Positions 15,001-30,000 of a stretch of 64,000 nt of DNA are shown one piece after another (within the stretch, counting starts at the first letter, position 1; each line of letters opens with the position of its first letter). The translations under genes were made by a program, and so were the position numbers. Origin of the DNA: Leptogorgia sarmentosa (taxonomy: Eukaryota); the NCBI GenBank assembly GCA_964658305.1, contig OZ210885.1, positions 14,384,001 through 14,448,000 on the forward strand, given 5' to 3'. Below the pieces are notes generated by a model. The model searched no databases, was not told the DNA's origin, and saw only the letters and a program-made list of their open reading frames with translations.

Positions 15001-18000
15001 TTTAACCAACCTTGATAAATTAAATGCCACATCGTCAATGACTAAAAAAAACAAGGTTGCTTTTTTATGAAAGGTGTTAGAGAAGTTGGTTAAATTATAG
15101 CAAAATTTCACCACATTTATCAAACCTTGATAAATTAAATGCCACATTGTCAATGACTCAAAAAACAAGGTTGCTTCTTCATATATCACTGTTATTAACA
15201 GTGTTAGAGTAGTTGGTTTATAGCAAAATTTCACCACATTTAACCAACCTTGATAAATTAAACGCCACATCATCAATGACTCAAAAAAACAAGGTTGCTT
15301 TTTTATGAAGGGTGTTAGAGAATTTGGGTAAATTATAGCAAAATTTCACCACATTTATCCAACCTTGATAAATTAAACGCCACTTTGTCAATGACTCAAA
15401 AACCAAGGTTGCTTCTTCATATATCACTGTTATTAACAGTGGTAGAGAAGTTGGTTTATAGCAAAATATCACCACATTTAACCAACCTTAATCAATTAAA
15501 CGCCACATCATCAATGACTAAAAAAAACAAGGTTGCTTCTTCATATAACACTGTTATGAAGGGTGTTAGAGAAGTTGGTTAAATTATAGCAAAATTTCAC
15601 CACATTTAACCAACCTTGATAAATTAAACGCCACATCGTCAATGACTCAAAAAAACAAGGTTGCTTTTTTATGAAGGGTGTTAGAGAATTTGGGTAAATT
15701 ATAGCAAAATTTCACCACATTTATCCAACCTTGATAAATTAAACGCCACATTGTCAATGACTCAAAAAACAAGGTTGCTTCTTCATATATCACTGTTATG
15801 AAGGGTGTTAGAGAAGTTGGTTTAAATAAAGCAACATTTCACCACATTTAACCAACCTTGATAAATTAAACGCCACGTCATCAATGACTCAAAAAACAAG
15901 GTTGCTTCTTCATATATCACTGTTATTAACGGTGTTAGAGAAGTTGGTTTATAGCAAAATTTCACCACATTTAACCAACCTTGATAAATTAAACGCCACA
16001 TCGTCAATGACTCAAAAAAACAAGGTTGCTTTTTTATGAAAGGTGTTAGAGAAGTTGGTTAAATTATAGCAAAATTTCACCACATTTAACCAACCTTGAT
16101 AAATTAAATGCCACATCGTCAATGACTAAAAAAAACAAGGTTGCTTTTTGATGAAAGGTGTTAGAGAAGTTGGTTAAATTATAGCAAAATTTCACCACAT
16201 TTATCAAACCTTGATAAATTAAACGCCACATTGTCAATGACTAAAAAAACAAGGTTGCTTCTTCATATATCACTGTCATTAACGGTGTTAGAGAAGTTGG
16301 TTTATAGCAAAATTTCACCACATTTAACCAACCTTGATAAATTAAACGCCACATCATCAATGACTCAAAAAAACAAGGTTGCTTTTTTATGAAGGGTGTT
16401 AGAGAATTTGGGTAAATTATAGCAAAATTTCACCACATTTATCCAACCTTGATAAATTAAACGCCACATTGTCAATGACTCAAAAAACAAGGTTGCTTCT
16501 TCATATATCACTGTTATTAACAGTGTTAGAGAAGTTGGTTTAAATATAGCAAAATTTCACCACATTTAACCAACCTTGATAAATTAAACGCCACATTGTC
16601 AATGACTCAAAAAAACAAGGTTGCTTCTTCATATATCACTGTTATGAAGGGTGTTGGAGAAGTTGGTTAAATTATAGCAAAATTTCACCACATTAAACCA
16701 ACCTTGATAAATTAAACGCCACATCATCAATGACTCAAAAAAACAAGGTTGCTTTTTTATGAAGGGTGTTAGAGAAGTTGGTTAAATTATAGCAAAATTT
16801 CATCACATTTAACCAACCTTGATAAATTAAACGCCACATTGTGAATGACTCAAAAAAACAAGGTTGCTTCTTCATATATCACTGTTATGAAGGGTGTTAG
16901 AGAAGTTGGTTTAAATAAAGCAACATTTCACCACATTTAACCAACCTTGATAAATTAAACGCCACATTGTCAATGACTAAAAAAACAAGGTTGCTTCTTC
17001 ACATATCACTGTTACTAACGGTGTTAGAGAAGTTGGTTTATAGCAAAATTTCACCACATTTAACCAACCTTGATAAATTAAACGCCACATCATCAATGAC
17101 TCAAAAAAACAAGTTTGCTTCTTCATATAACACTGTTATGAAGGGTGTTGGAGAACTTGGTTAAATTATAGAAAAATTTCACCACATTTAACCAACCTTG
17201 ACAAATTAAATGCCACATTGTCAATGACTCAAAAAAACAAGGTTGCTTCTTCATATATCACTGTTATGAAGGGTGTTGGAGAAGTTGGTTAAATTATAGC
17301 AAAATTTCACCACATTTAACCAATCTTGATAAATTAAATGCCACATGGTCAATGACTAAAAAAAACAAGGTTGCTTCTTCATATATCACTGTTATGAAGG
17401 GTGTTAGAGAAGTTGATTAAAATATACCAAAATTTCACCACATTTAACCAACCTTGATAAATTAAATGCCACATCGTCAATGACTCAAAAAAACAAGGTT
17501 GCTTGTTCATATATCACTGTTGTGAAGGGTGTTGGAGAAGTTCGTTAAAATATAGCAACATTTCGCCACATTGAACCAACCTTGATAAATTAAATGCCAC
17601 GTCGTCAATGGCTCAAAAAAACAAGGTTGCTTCTTCATATATCACTGTTATGAAGGGTGTTAGAGAAGTTGGTTTATAGCAAAATTTCACCACATTTAAC
17701 CAACCTTGATAAATTAAACGCCACATCATCAATGACTCAAAAAAACAAGGTTGCTTTTTTATGAAAGGTGTTAGAGAAGTTGGTTAAATTATAGCAAAAT
17801 TTCACCACATTTATCCAACCTTGATAAATTAAACGCCACTTTGTCAATGACTCAAAAAACAAGGTTGCTTCTTCATATATCACTGTTATTAACAGTGTTA
17901 GAGAAGTTGGTTTAAATATAGCAAAATTTCACCACATTTAACCAACCTTGATAAATTAAACGCCACATTGTCAATGACTCAAAAAAAACAAGGTTGCTTC

Positions 18001-21000
18001 TTCATATATCACTGTTATGAAGGGTGTTGGAGAAGTTGGTTAAATTATAGCAAAATTTCACCACATTTAAGCAACCTTGATAAATTAAACGCCACATCGT
18101 GAATGACTAAAAAAAACAAGGTTGCTTCTTCATATATCACTGTTATGAAGGGTGTTAGAGAAGTTGATTTAAATATAGCAAAATTTCACCACATTTAACC
18201 AACCTTGATAAATTAAATGCCACATCGTCAATGACTAAAAAAAACAAGGTTGCTTTTTGATGAAAGGTGTTAGAGAAGTTGGTTAAATTATAGCAAAATT
18301 TCATCACATTTAACCAACCTTGATAAATTAAACGCCACATTGTGAATGACTCAAAAAAACAAGGTTGCTTCTTCATATATCACTGTTATGAAGGGTGTTA
18401 GAGAAGTTGGTTTAAATAAAGCAACATTTCACCACATTTAACCAACCTTGATAAATTAAACGCCACATTGTCAATGACTAAAAAAACAAGGTTGCTTCTT
18501 CACATATCACTGTTACTAACGGTGTTAGAGAAGTTGGTTTATAGCAAAATTTCACCACATTTAACCAACCTTGATAAATTAAACGCCACATCATCAATGA
18601 CTCAAAAAAACAAGTTTGCTTCTTCATATAACACTGTTATGAAGGGTGTTGGAGAACTTGGTTAAATTATAGAAAAATTTCACCACATTTAACCAACCTT
18701 GATAAATTAAATGCCACATTGTCAATGACTCAAAAAAACAAGGTTGCTTCTTCATATATCACTGTTATGAAGGGTGTTGGAGAAGTTGGTTAAATTATAG
18801 CAAAATTTCACCACATTTAACCAATCTTGATAAATTAAATGCCACATGGTCAATGACTCAAAAAAACAAGGTTGCTTCTTCATATATCACTGTTATGAAG
18901 GGTGTTAGAGAAGTTGATTAAAATATACCAAAATTTCACCACATTTAACCAACCTTGATAAATTAAATGCCACATCGTCAATGACTCAAAAAAACAAGGT
19001 TGCTTGTTCATATATCACTGTTGTGAAGGGTGTTGGAGAAGTTCGTTAAAATATAGCAACATTTCGCCACATTGAACCAACCTTGATAAATTAAACGCCA
19101 CGTCGTCAATGGCTCAAAAAAACAAGGTTGCTTCTTCATATATCACTGTTATGAAGGGTGTTAGAGAAGTTGGTTTATAGCAAAATTTCACCACATTTAA
19201 CCAACCTTGATAAATTAAACGCCACATCATCAATGACTCAAAAAAACAAGGTTGCTTTTTTATGAAAGGTGTTAGAGAAGTTGGTTAAATTATAGCAAAA
19301 TTTCACCACATTTATCCAACCTTGATAAATTAAACGCCACTTTGTCAATGACTCAAAAAACAAGGTTGCTTCTTCATATATCACTGTTATTAACAGTGTT
19401 AGAGAAGTTGGTTTAAATATAGCAAAATTTCACCACATTTAACCAACCTTGATAAATTAAACGCCACATTGTCAATGACTCAAAAAAACAAGGTTGCTTC
19501 TTCATATATCACTGTTATGAAGGGTGTTGGAGAAGTTGGTTAAATTATAGCAAAATTTCACCACATTTAAGCAACCTTGATAAATTAAACGCCACATCGT
19601 GAATGACTAAAAAAAACAAGGTTGCTTCTTCATATATCACTGTTATGAAGGGTGTTAGAGAAGTTGATTTAAATATAGCAAAATTTCACCACATTTAACC
19701 AACCTTGATAAATTAAATGCCACATCGTCAATGACTAAAAAAAACAAGGTTGCTTTTTGATGAAAGGTGTTAGAGAAGTTGGTTAAATTATAGCAAAATT
19801 TCACCACATTTATCAAACCTTGATAAATTAAACGCCACATTGTCAATGACTCAAAAAACAAGGTTGCTTCTTCATATATCACTGTTATTAATGGTGTTAG
19901 AGAAGTTGGTTTATAGCAAAATTTCACCACATTTAACCAACCTTGATAAATTAAACGCCACATCATCAATGACTCAAAAAAACAAGGTTGCTTTTTTATG
20001 AAGGGTGTTAGAGAATTTGGGTAAATTATAGCAAAATTTCACCACATTTATCCAACCTTGATAAATTAAACGCCACATTGTCAATGACTCAAAAAACAAG
20101 GTTGCTTCTTCATATATCACTGTTATTAACAGTGTTAGAGAAGTTGGTTTAAATATAGCAAAATTTCACCACATTTAACCAACCTTGATAAATTAAACGC
20201 CACATTGTCAATGACTCAAAAAAAACAAGGTTGCTTCTTCATATATCACTGTTATGAAGGGTGTTGGAGAAGTTGGTTAAATTATAGCAAAATTTCACCA
20301 CATTTAACCAACCTTGATAAATTAAACGCCACACTGTGAATGACTAAAAAAAACAAGGTTGCTTCTTCATATATCACTGTTATGAAGGGTGTTAGAGAAG
20401 TTGGTTTAAATATAGCAAAATTTCACCACATTTATCCAACCTTGATAAATTAAACGGCACATTGTCAATGACTCAAAAAACAAGGTTGCTTCTTCATATA
20501 TCACTGTTATGAAGGGTGTTGGAGAAGTTGGTTAAATTATAGCAAAATTTCACCACATTCATCAAACCTTGATAAATTAAATGCCACATTGTCAATGACT
20601 CAAAAAACAAGGTTCCTTCTTCATATATCACTGTTATTAACAGTGTTAGAGTAGTTGGTTTATAGCAAAATTTCACCACATTTAACCAACCTTTATAAAT
20701 TAAACGCCACATCATCAATGACTCAAAAAAACAAGGTTGCTTTTTTATGAAGGGTGTTAGAGAATTTGGGTAAATTATAGCAAAATTTCACCACATTTAA
20801 CCAACCTTGATAAATTAAACGCCACATCATCAATGACTCAAAAAAACAAGGTTGCTTTTTTATGAAGGGTGTTAGAGAATTTGGGTAAATTATAGCAAAA
20901 TTTCACCACATTTATCCAACCTTCATAAATTAAACGCCACTTTGTCAATGACTCAAAAAACAAGGTTGCTTCTTCATATATCACTGTTATTAACGGTGTT

Positions 21001-24000
21001 AGACAAGTTGATTTAAATATAGCAAAATTTCACCACATTTAACCAACCTTGATAAATTAAACGCCACATCATCAATGACTCAAAAAAACAAGGTTGCTTT
21101 TTTATGAAGGGTGTTAGAGAATTTGGGTAAATTATAGCAAAATTTCACCACATTTATCCAACCTTGATAAATTAAAGGCCACATTGTCAATGACTCAAAA
21201 AACAAGGTTGCTTCTTCACATATCACTGTTACTAACGGTGTTAGAGAAGTTGGTTTATAGCAAAATATCACCACAGTTAACCAACCTTAATCAATTAAAC
21301 GCCATATCATCAATGACTAAAAAAAACAAGGTTGCTTCTTCATATAACACTGTTATGAAGGGTGTTAGAGAAGTTGGTTAAATTATAGCAAAATTTCACC
21401 ACATTTAACCAACCTTGATAAATTAAACGCCACACTGTGAATGACTAAAAAAAACAAGGTTGCTTCTTCATATATCACTGTTATGAAGGGTGTTAGAGAA
21501 GTTGGTTTAAATATAGCAAAATTTCACCACATTTAACCACCCTTGATCAATTAAACGCCACATTGTCAATGACTCAAAAAAACAAGGTTGCTTTTTTATG
21601 AAGGGTGTTAGAGAAGTTGGTTAAATTATAGCATAATTTCACCACATTTAACCAACCTTGATAAATTAAATGCCACATCGTCAATGACTAAAAAAAACAA
21701 GGTTGCTTTTTTATGAAAGGTGTTAGAGAAGTTGGTTAAATTATAGCAAAATTTCACCACATTTATCAAACCTTGATAAATTAAATGCCACATTGTCAAT
21801 GACTCAAAAAACAAGGTTGCTTCTTCATATATCACTGTTATTAACAGTGTTAGAGTAGTTGGTTTATAGCAAAATTTCACCACATTTAACCAACCTTGAT
21901 AAATTAAACGCCACATCATCAATGACTCAAAAAAACAAGGTTGCTTTTTTATGAAGGGTGTTAGAGAAGTTGGGTAAATTATAGCAAAATTTCACCACAT
22001 TTAACCAACCTTGATAAATTAAATGCCACATCGTCAATGACTAAAAAAAACAAGGTTGCTTTTTTATGAAAGGTGTTAGAGAAGTTGGTTAAATTATAGC
22101 AAAATTTCACCACATTTATCAAACCTTGATAAATTAAATGCCACATTGTCAATGACTCAAAAAACAAGGTTGCTTCTTCATATATCACTGTTATTAACAG
22201 TGTTAGAGTAGTTGGTTTATAGCAAAATTTCACCACATTTAACCAACCTTGATAAATTAAACGCCACATCATCAATGACTCAAAAAAACAAGGTTGCTTT
22301 TTTATGAAGGGTGTTAGAGAATTTGGGTAAATTATAGCAAAATTTCACCACATTTATCCAACCTTGATAAATTAAACGCCACTTTGTCAATGACTCAAAA
22401 ACCAAGGTTGCTTCTTCATATATCACTGTTATTAACAGTGGTAGAGAAGTTGGTTTATAGCAAAATATCACCACATTTAACCAACCTTAATCAATTAAAC
22501 GCCACATCATCAATGACTAAAAAAAACAAGGTTGCTTCTTCATATAACACTGTTATGAAGGGTGTTAGAGAAGTTGGTTAAATTATAGCAAAATTTCACC
22601 ACATTTAACCAACCTTGATAAATTAAACGCCACATCGTCAATGACTCAAAAAAACAAGGTTGCTTTTTTATGAAGGGTGTTAGAGAATTTGGGTAAATTA
22701 TAGCAAAATTTCACCACATTTATCCAACCTTGATAAATTAAACGCCACATTGTCAATGACTCAAAAAACAAGGTTGCTTCTTCATATATCACTGTTATGA
22801 AGGGTGTTAGAGAAGTTGGTTTAAATAAAGCAACATTTCACCACATTTAACCAACCTTGATAAATTAAACGCCACATTGTCAATGACTCAAAAAAACAAG
22901 GTTACTTCTTCATATAACACTGTTATGAAGGGTGTTAGAGAAGTTGGTTAAATTATAGCAAAATTTCACCACATTTAACCAACCTTGATAAATTAAACGG
23001 CACACTGTGAATGACTAAAAAAAACAAGGTTGCTTCTTCATATATCACTGTTATGAAGGGTGTTAGAGTAGTTGGTTTATAGCAAAATTTCACCACATTT
23101 AACCAACCTTGATAAATTAAACGCCACATCATCAATGACTCAAAAAAACTAGGTTGCTTTATTATGAAGGGTGTTAGAGAATTTGGGTAAATTATAGCAA
23201 AATTTCACAACATTTATCCAACCTTGATAAATTAAACGCCACTTTGTCAATGACTCAAAAAACAAGGTTGCTTCTTCATATATCACTGTTATTAACAGTG
23301 TTAGAGAAGTTGGTTTAAATATAGCAAAATTTCACCACATTTATCAAACCTTGATAAATTAAATGCCACATTGTCAATGACTAAAAAAAACAAGGTTGCT
23401 TTTTTATGAAAGGTGTTAGAGAAGTTGGTTAAATTATAGCAAAATTTCACCACATTTATCAAACCTTGATAAATTAAATGCCACATTGTCAATGACTCAA
23501 AAAACAAGGTTGCTTCTTCATATATCACTGTTATTAACAGTGTTAGAGTAGTTGGTTTATAGCAAAATTTCACCACATTTAACCAACCTTGATAAATTAA
23601 ACGCCACATCATCAATGACTCAAAAAAACAAGGTTGCTTTTTTATGAAGGGTGTTAGAGAATTTGGGTAAATTATAGCAAAATTTCACCACATTTATCCA
23701 ACCTTGATAAATTAAACGCCACTTTGTCAATGACTCAAAAAACAAGGTTGCTTCTTCATATATCACTGTTATTAACAGTGTTAGAGAAGTTGGTTTAAAT
23801 ATAGCAAAATTTAACCAACCTTGATAAATTAAACGCCACATTGTCAATGACTCAAAAAAACAAGGTTGCTTTTTTATGAAGGGTGTTAGAGAAGTTGGTT
23901 AAATTATAGCAAAATTTCACCACATTTAACCAACCTTGATAAATTAAATGCCACATTGTGAATGACTCAAAAAAACAAGGTTGCTTCTTCATATATCACT

Positions 24001-27000
24001 GTTATGAAGGGTGTTAGAGAAGTTGGTTTAAATAAAGCAACATTTCACCACATTTAACCAACCTTGATAAATTAAACGCCACATTGTCAATGACTCAAAA
24101 AAACAAGGTTGCGTTTTTATGAAGGGTGTTAGAGAAGTTGGTTAAATTATAGGAAAATTTCACCACATTTAACCAACCTTGATAAATTAAACGCCACATT
24201 GTGAATGACTAAAAAAAACAAGGTTGCTTCTTCATATATCACTGTTATGAAGGGTGTTAGAGAAGTTGGTTTAAATAAAGCAACATTTCACCACATTTAA
24301 CCAACCTTGATAAATTAAATGCCACATCGTCAATGACTAAAAAAAACAAGGTTGCATTTTTATGAAAGGTGTTAGAGAAGTTGGTTAAATTATAGCAAAA
24401 TTTCACCACATTTATCAAACCTTGATAAATTAAACGCCACATTGTCAATGACTCAAAAAACAAGGTTGCTTCTTCATATATCACTGTTATTAACCGTGTT
24501 AGAGAAGTTGGTTTATAGCAAAATTTCACCACATTTAACCAACCTTGATCAATTAAACGCCACATTGTCAATGACTCAAAAAAACAAGGTTGCTTTTTTA
24601 TGCAGGGTGTTAGAGAAGTTGGTTAAATTATAGCAAAATTTCACCACATTTAACCAACCTTGATAAATTAAATGCCACATCGTCAATGACTAAAAAAAAC
24701 AAGGTTGCTTTTTTATGAAAGGTGTTAGAGAAGTTGGTTAAATTATAGCAAAATTTCACAACATTTATCAAACCTTGATAAATTAAATGCCACATTGTCA
24801 ATGACTCAAAAAACAATGTTGCTTCTTCATATATCACTGTTATTAACAGTGTTAGAGTAGTTGGTTTATAGCAAAATTTCACCACATTTAACCAACCTTG
24901 ATAAATTAAACGCCACATCATCAATGACTCAAAAAAACAAGGTTGCTTTTTTATGAAGGGTGTTAGAGAATTTGGGTAAATTATAGCAAAATTTCACCAC
25001 ATTTATCCAACCTTGATAAATTAAACGCCACATTGTCAATGACTCAAAAAACAAGGTTGCTTCTTCACATATCACTGTTACTAACGGTGTAAGAGAAGTT
25101 GGTTTATAGCAAAATATCACCACATTAAACCAACCTTAATCAATTAAACGCCACATCATCAATGACTAAAAAAAAACAAGGTTACTTCTTCATATAACAC
25201 TGTTATGAAGGGTGTTAGAGAAGTTGGTTAAATTATAGCAAAATTTCACCACATTTAACCAACCTTGATAAATTAAATGCCACATCGTCAATGACTCAAA
25301 AAAACAAGGTTGCTTTTTTATGAAGGGTGTTAGAGAATTTGGGTAAATTATAGCAAAATTTCACCACATTTATCCAACCTTGATAAATTAAACGCCACAT
25401 TGTCAATGACTCAAAAAACAAGGTTGCTTCTTCATATATCACTGTTATGAAGGGTGTTAGAGAAGTTGGTTTAAATAAAGCAACATTTCACCACATTTAA
25501 CCAACCTTGATAAATTAAACGCCACATTGTCAATGACTCAAAAAAACAAGGTTACTTCTTCATATAACACTGTTATGAAGGGTGTTAGAGAAGTTGGTTA
25601 AATTATAGCAAAATTTCACCACATTTAACCAACCTTGATAAATTAAACGGCACACTGTGAATGACTAAAAAAAACAAGGTTGCTTCTTCATATATCACTG
25701 TTATGAAGGGTGTTAGAGTAGTTGGTTTATAGCAAAATTTCACCACATTTATCAAACCTTGATAAATTAAATGCCACATTGTCAATGACTCAAAAAACAA
25801 GGTTGCTTCTTCATATATCACTGTTATTAACAGTGTTAGAGAAGTTGGTTTAAATATAGCAAAATTTAACCAACCTTGATAAATTAAACGCCACATTGTC
25901 AATGACTCAAAAAAACAAGGTTGCTTTTTTATGAAGGGTGTTAGAGAAGTTGGTTAAATTATAGCAAAATTTCACCACATTTAACCAACCTTGATAAATT
26001 AAATGCCACATTGTGAATGACTCAAAAAAACAAGGTTGCTTCTTCATATATCACTGTTATGAAGGGTGTTAGAGAAGTTGGTTTAAATAAAGCAACATTT
26101 CACCACATTTAACCAACCTTGATAAATTAAACGCCACATTGTCAATGACTCAAAAAAACAAGGTTGCGTTTTTATGAAGGGTGTTAGAGAAGTTGGTTAA
26201 ATTATAGGAAAATTTCACCACATTTAACCAACCTTGATAAATTAAACGCCACATTGTGAATGACTAAAAAAAACAAGGTTGCTTCTTCATATATCACTGT
26301 TATGAAGGGTGTTAGAGAAGTTGGTTTAAATAAAGCAACATTTCACCACATTTAACCAACCTTGATAAATTAAATGCCACATCGTCAATGACTAAAAAAA
26401 ACAAGGTTGCTTTTTTATGAAAGGTGTTAGAGAAGTTGGTTAAATTATAGCAAAATTTCACCACATTTATCAAACCTTGATAAATTAAACGCCACATTGT
26501 CAATGACTCAAAAAACAAGGTTGCTTCTTCATATATCACTGTTATTAACCGTGTTAGAGAAGTTGGTTTATAGCAAAATTTCACCACATTTAACCAACCT
26601 TGATCAATTAAACGCCACATTGTCAATGACTCAAAAAAACAAGGTTGCTTTTTTATGCAGGGTGTTAGAGAAGTTGGTTAAATTATAGCAAAATTTCACC
26701 ACATTTAACCAACCTTGATAAATTAAATGCCACATCGTCAATGACTAAAAAAAACAAGGTTGCTTTTTTATGAAAGGTGTTAGAGAAGTTGGTTAAATTA
26801 TAGCAAAATTTCACAACATTTATCAAACCTTGATAAATTAAATGCCACATTGTCAATGACTCAAAAAACAATGTTGCTTCTTCATATATCACTGTTATTA
26901 ACAGTGTTAGAGTAGTTGGTTTATAGCAAAATTTCACCACATTTAACCAACCTTGATAAATTAAACGCCACATCATCAATGACTCAAAAAAACAAGGTTG

Positions 27001-30000
27001 CTTTTTTATGAAGGGTGTTAGAGAATTTGGGTAAATTATAGCAAAATTTCACCACATTTATCCAACCTTGATAAATTAAACGCCACATTGTCAATGACTC
27101 AAAAAACAAGGTTGCTTCTTCACATATCACTGTTACTAACGGTGTAAGAGAAGTTGGTTTATAGCAAAATATCACCACATTAAACCAACCTTAATCAATT
27201 AAACGCCACATCATCAATGACTAAAAAAAAACAAGGTTACTTCTTCATATAACACTGTTATGAAGGGTGTTAGAGAAGTTGGTTAAATTATAGCAAAATT
27301 TCACCACATTTAACCAACCTTGATAAATTAAATGCCACATCGTCAATGACTCAAAAAAACAAGGTTGCTTTTTTATGAAGGGTGTTAGAGAATTTGGGTA
27401 AATTATAGCAAAATTTCACCACATTTATCCAACCTTGATAAATTAAACGCCACATTGTCAATGACTCAAAAAACAAGGTTGCTTCTTCATATATCACTGT
27501 TATGAAGGGTGTTAGAGAAGTTGGTTTAAATAAAGCAACATTTCACCACATTTAACCAACCTTGATAAATTAAACGCCACACTGTGAATGACTAAAAAAA
27601 ACAAGGTTGCTTCTTCATATATCACTGTTATGAAGGGTGTTAGAGTAGTTGGTTTATAGCAAAATTTCACCACATTTAACCAACCTTGATAAATTAAACG
27701 CCACATCATCAATGACTCAAAAAAACTAGGTTGCTTTATTATGAAGGGTGTTAGAGAATTTGGGTAAATTATAGCAAAATTTCACCACATTTATCCAACC
27801 TTGATAAATTAAACGCCACTTTGTCAATGACTCAAAAAACAAGGTTGCTTCTTCGTATATCACTGTTATTAACAGTGTTAGAGAAGTTGGTTTAAATATA
27901 GCAAAATTTCACCACATTTATCAAACCTTGATAAATTAAATGCCACATTGTCAATGACTAAAAAAAACAAGGTTGCTTTTTTATGAAAGGTGTTAGAGAA
28001 GTTGGTTAAATTATAGCAAAATTTCACCACATTTAACCAACCTTGATAAATTAAACGCCACATTGTCAATGACTCAAAAAACAAGGTTGCTTCTTCATAT
28101 ATCACTGTTATGAAGGGTGTTAGAGAAGTTGGTTTAAATAAAGCAACATTTCACCACATTTAACCAACCTTGATAAATTAAACGCCACATTGTCAATGAC
28201 TCAAAAAAACAAGGTTACTTCTTCATATAACACTGTTATGAAGGGTGTTAGAGAAGTTGGTTAAATTATAGCAAAATTTCACCACATTTAACCAACCTTG
28301 ATAAATTAAACGGCACACTGTGAATGACTAAAAAAAACAAGGTTGCTTCTTCATATATCACTGTTATGAAGGGTGTTAGAGTAGTTGGTTTATAGCAAAA
28401 TTTCACCACATTTAACCAACCTTGATAAATTAAACGCCACATCATCAATGACTCAAAAAAACTAGGTTGCTTTATTATGAAGGGTGTTAGAGAATTTGGG
28501 TAAATTATAGCAAAATTTCACCACATTTATCCAACCTTGATAAATTAAACGCCACTTTGTCAATGACTCAAAAAACAAGGTTGCTTCTTCATATATCACT
28601 GTTATTAACAGTGTTAGAGAAGTTGGTTTAAATATAGCAAAATTTCACCACATTTATCAAACCTTGATAAATTAAATGCCACATTGTCAATGACTAAAAA
28701 AAACAAGGTTGCTTTTTTATGAAGGGTGTTAGAGAAGTTGGTTAAATTATAGGAAAATTTCACCACATTTAACCAACCTTGATAAATTAAATGCCACATT
28801 GTCAATGACTCAAAAAAACAAGGTTGCTTCTTTATATATCACTGTTATGAAGGGTGTTGGAGAAGTTGGTTAAATTATAGCAAAATTTCACCACATTTAA
28901 CCAACCTTGATAAATTAAACGCCACATCGTGAATGACTAAAAAAAACAAGGTTGTTTCTTCATATATCACTGTTATGAAGGGTGTTAGAGAAGTTGGTTT
29001 AAATATAGCAAAATTTCACCACATTTAACCAACCTTGATAAATTAAACGCCACATTGTCAATGACTAAAAAAAACAAGGTTGCTTCTTCATATATCACTG
29101 TTATGAAGGGTGTTAGAGAAGTTGGTTTAAATATAGCAAAATTTCACCACATTTAACCACCCTTGATCAATTAAACGCCACATTGTCAATGACTCAAAAA
29201 AACAAGGTTGCTTTTTTATGAAGGGTGTTAGAGAAGTTGGTTAAATTATAGCAAAATTTCACCACATTTAACCAACCTTGATAAATTAAATGCCACATCG
29301 TCAATGACTAAAAAAAACAAGGTTGCTTTTTTATGAAAGGTGTTAGAGAAGTTGGTTAAATTATAGCAAAATTTCACCACATTTATCAAACCTTGATAAA
29401 TTAAATGCCACATTGTCAATGACTCAAAAAACAAGGTTGCTTCTTCATATATCACTGTTATTAACAGTGTTAGAGTAGTTGGTTTATAGCAAAATTTCAC
29501 CACATTTAACCAACCTTGATAAATTAAACGCCACATCATCAATGACTCAAAAAAACAAGGTTGCTTTTTTATGAAGGGTGTTAGAGAAGTTGGTTAAATT
29601 ATAGCAAAATTTCACCACATTTAACCAACCTTGATAAATTAAATGCCACATCGTCAATGACTAAAAAAAACAAGGTTGCTTTTTTATGAAAGGTGTTAGA
29701 GAAGTTGGTTAAATTATAGCAAAATTTCACCACATTTATCAAACCTTGATAAATCAAATGCCACATTGTCAATGACTCAAAAAACAAGGTTGCTTCTTCA
29801 TATATCACTGTTATTAACAGTGTTAGAGTAGTTGGTTTATAGCAAAATTTCACCACATTTAACCAACCTTGATAAATTAAACGCCACATCATCAATGACT
29901 CAAAAAAACAAGGTTGCTTTTTTATGAAGGGTGTTAGAGAATTTGGGTAAATTATAGCAAAATTTCACCACATTTATCCAACCTTGATAAATTAAACGCC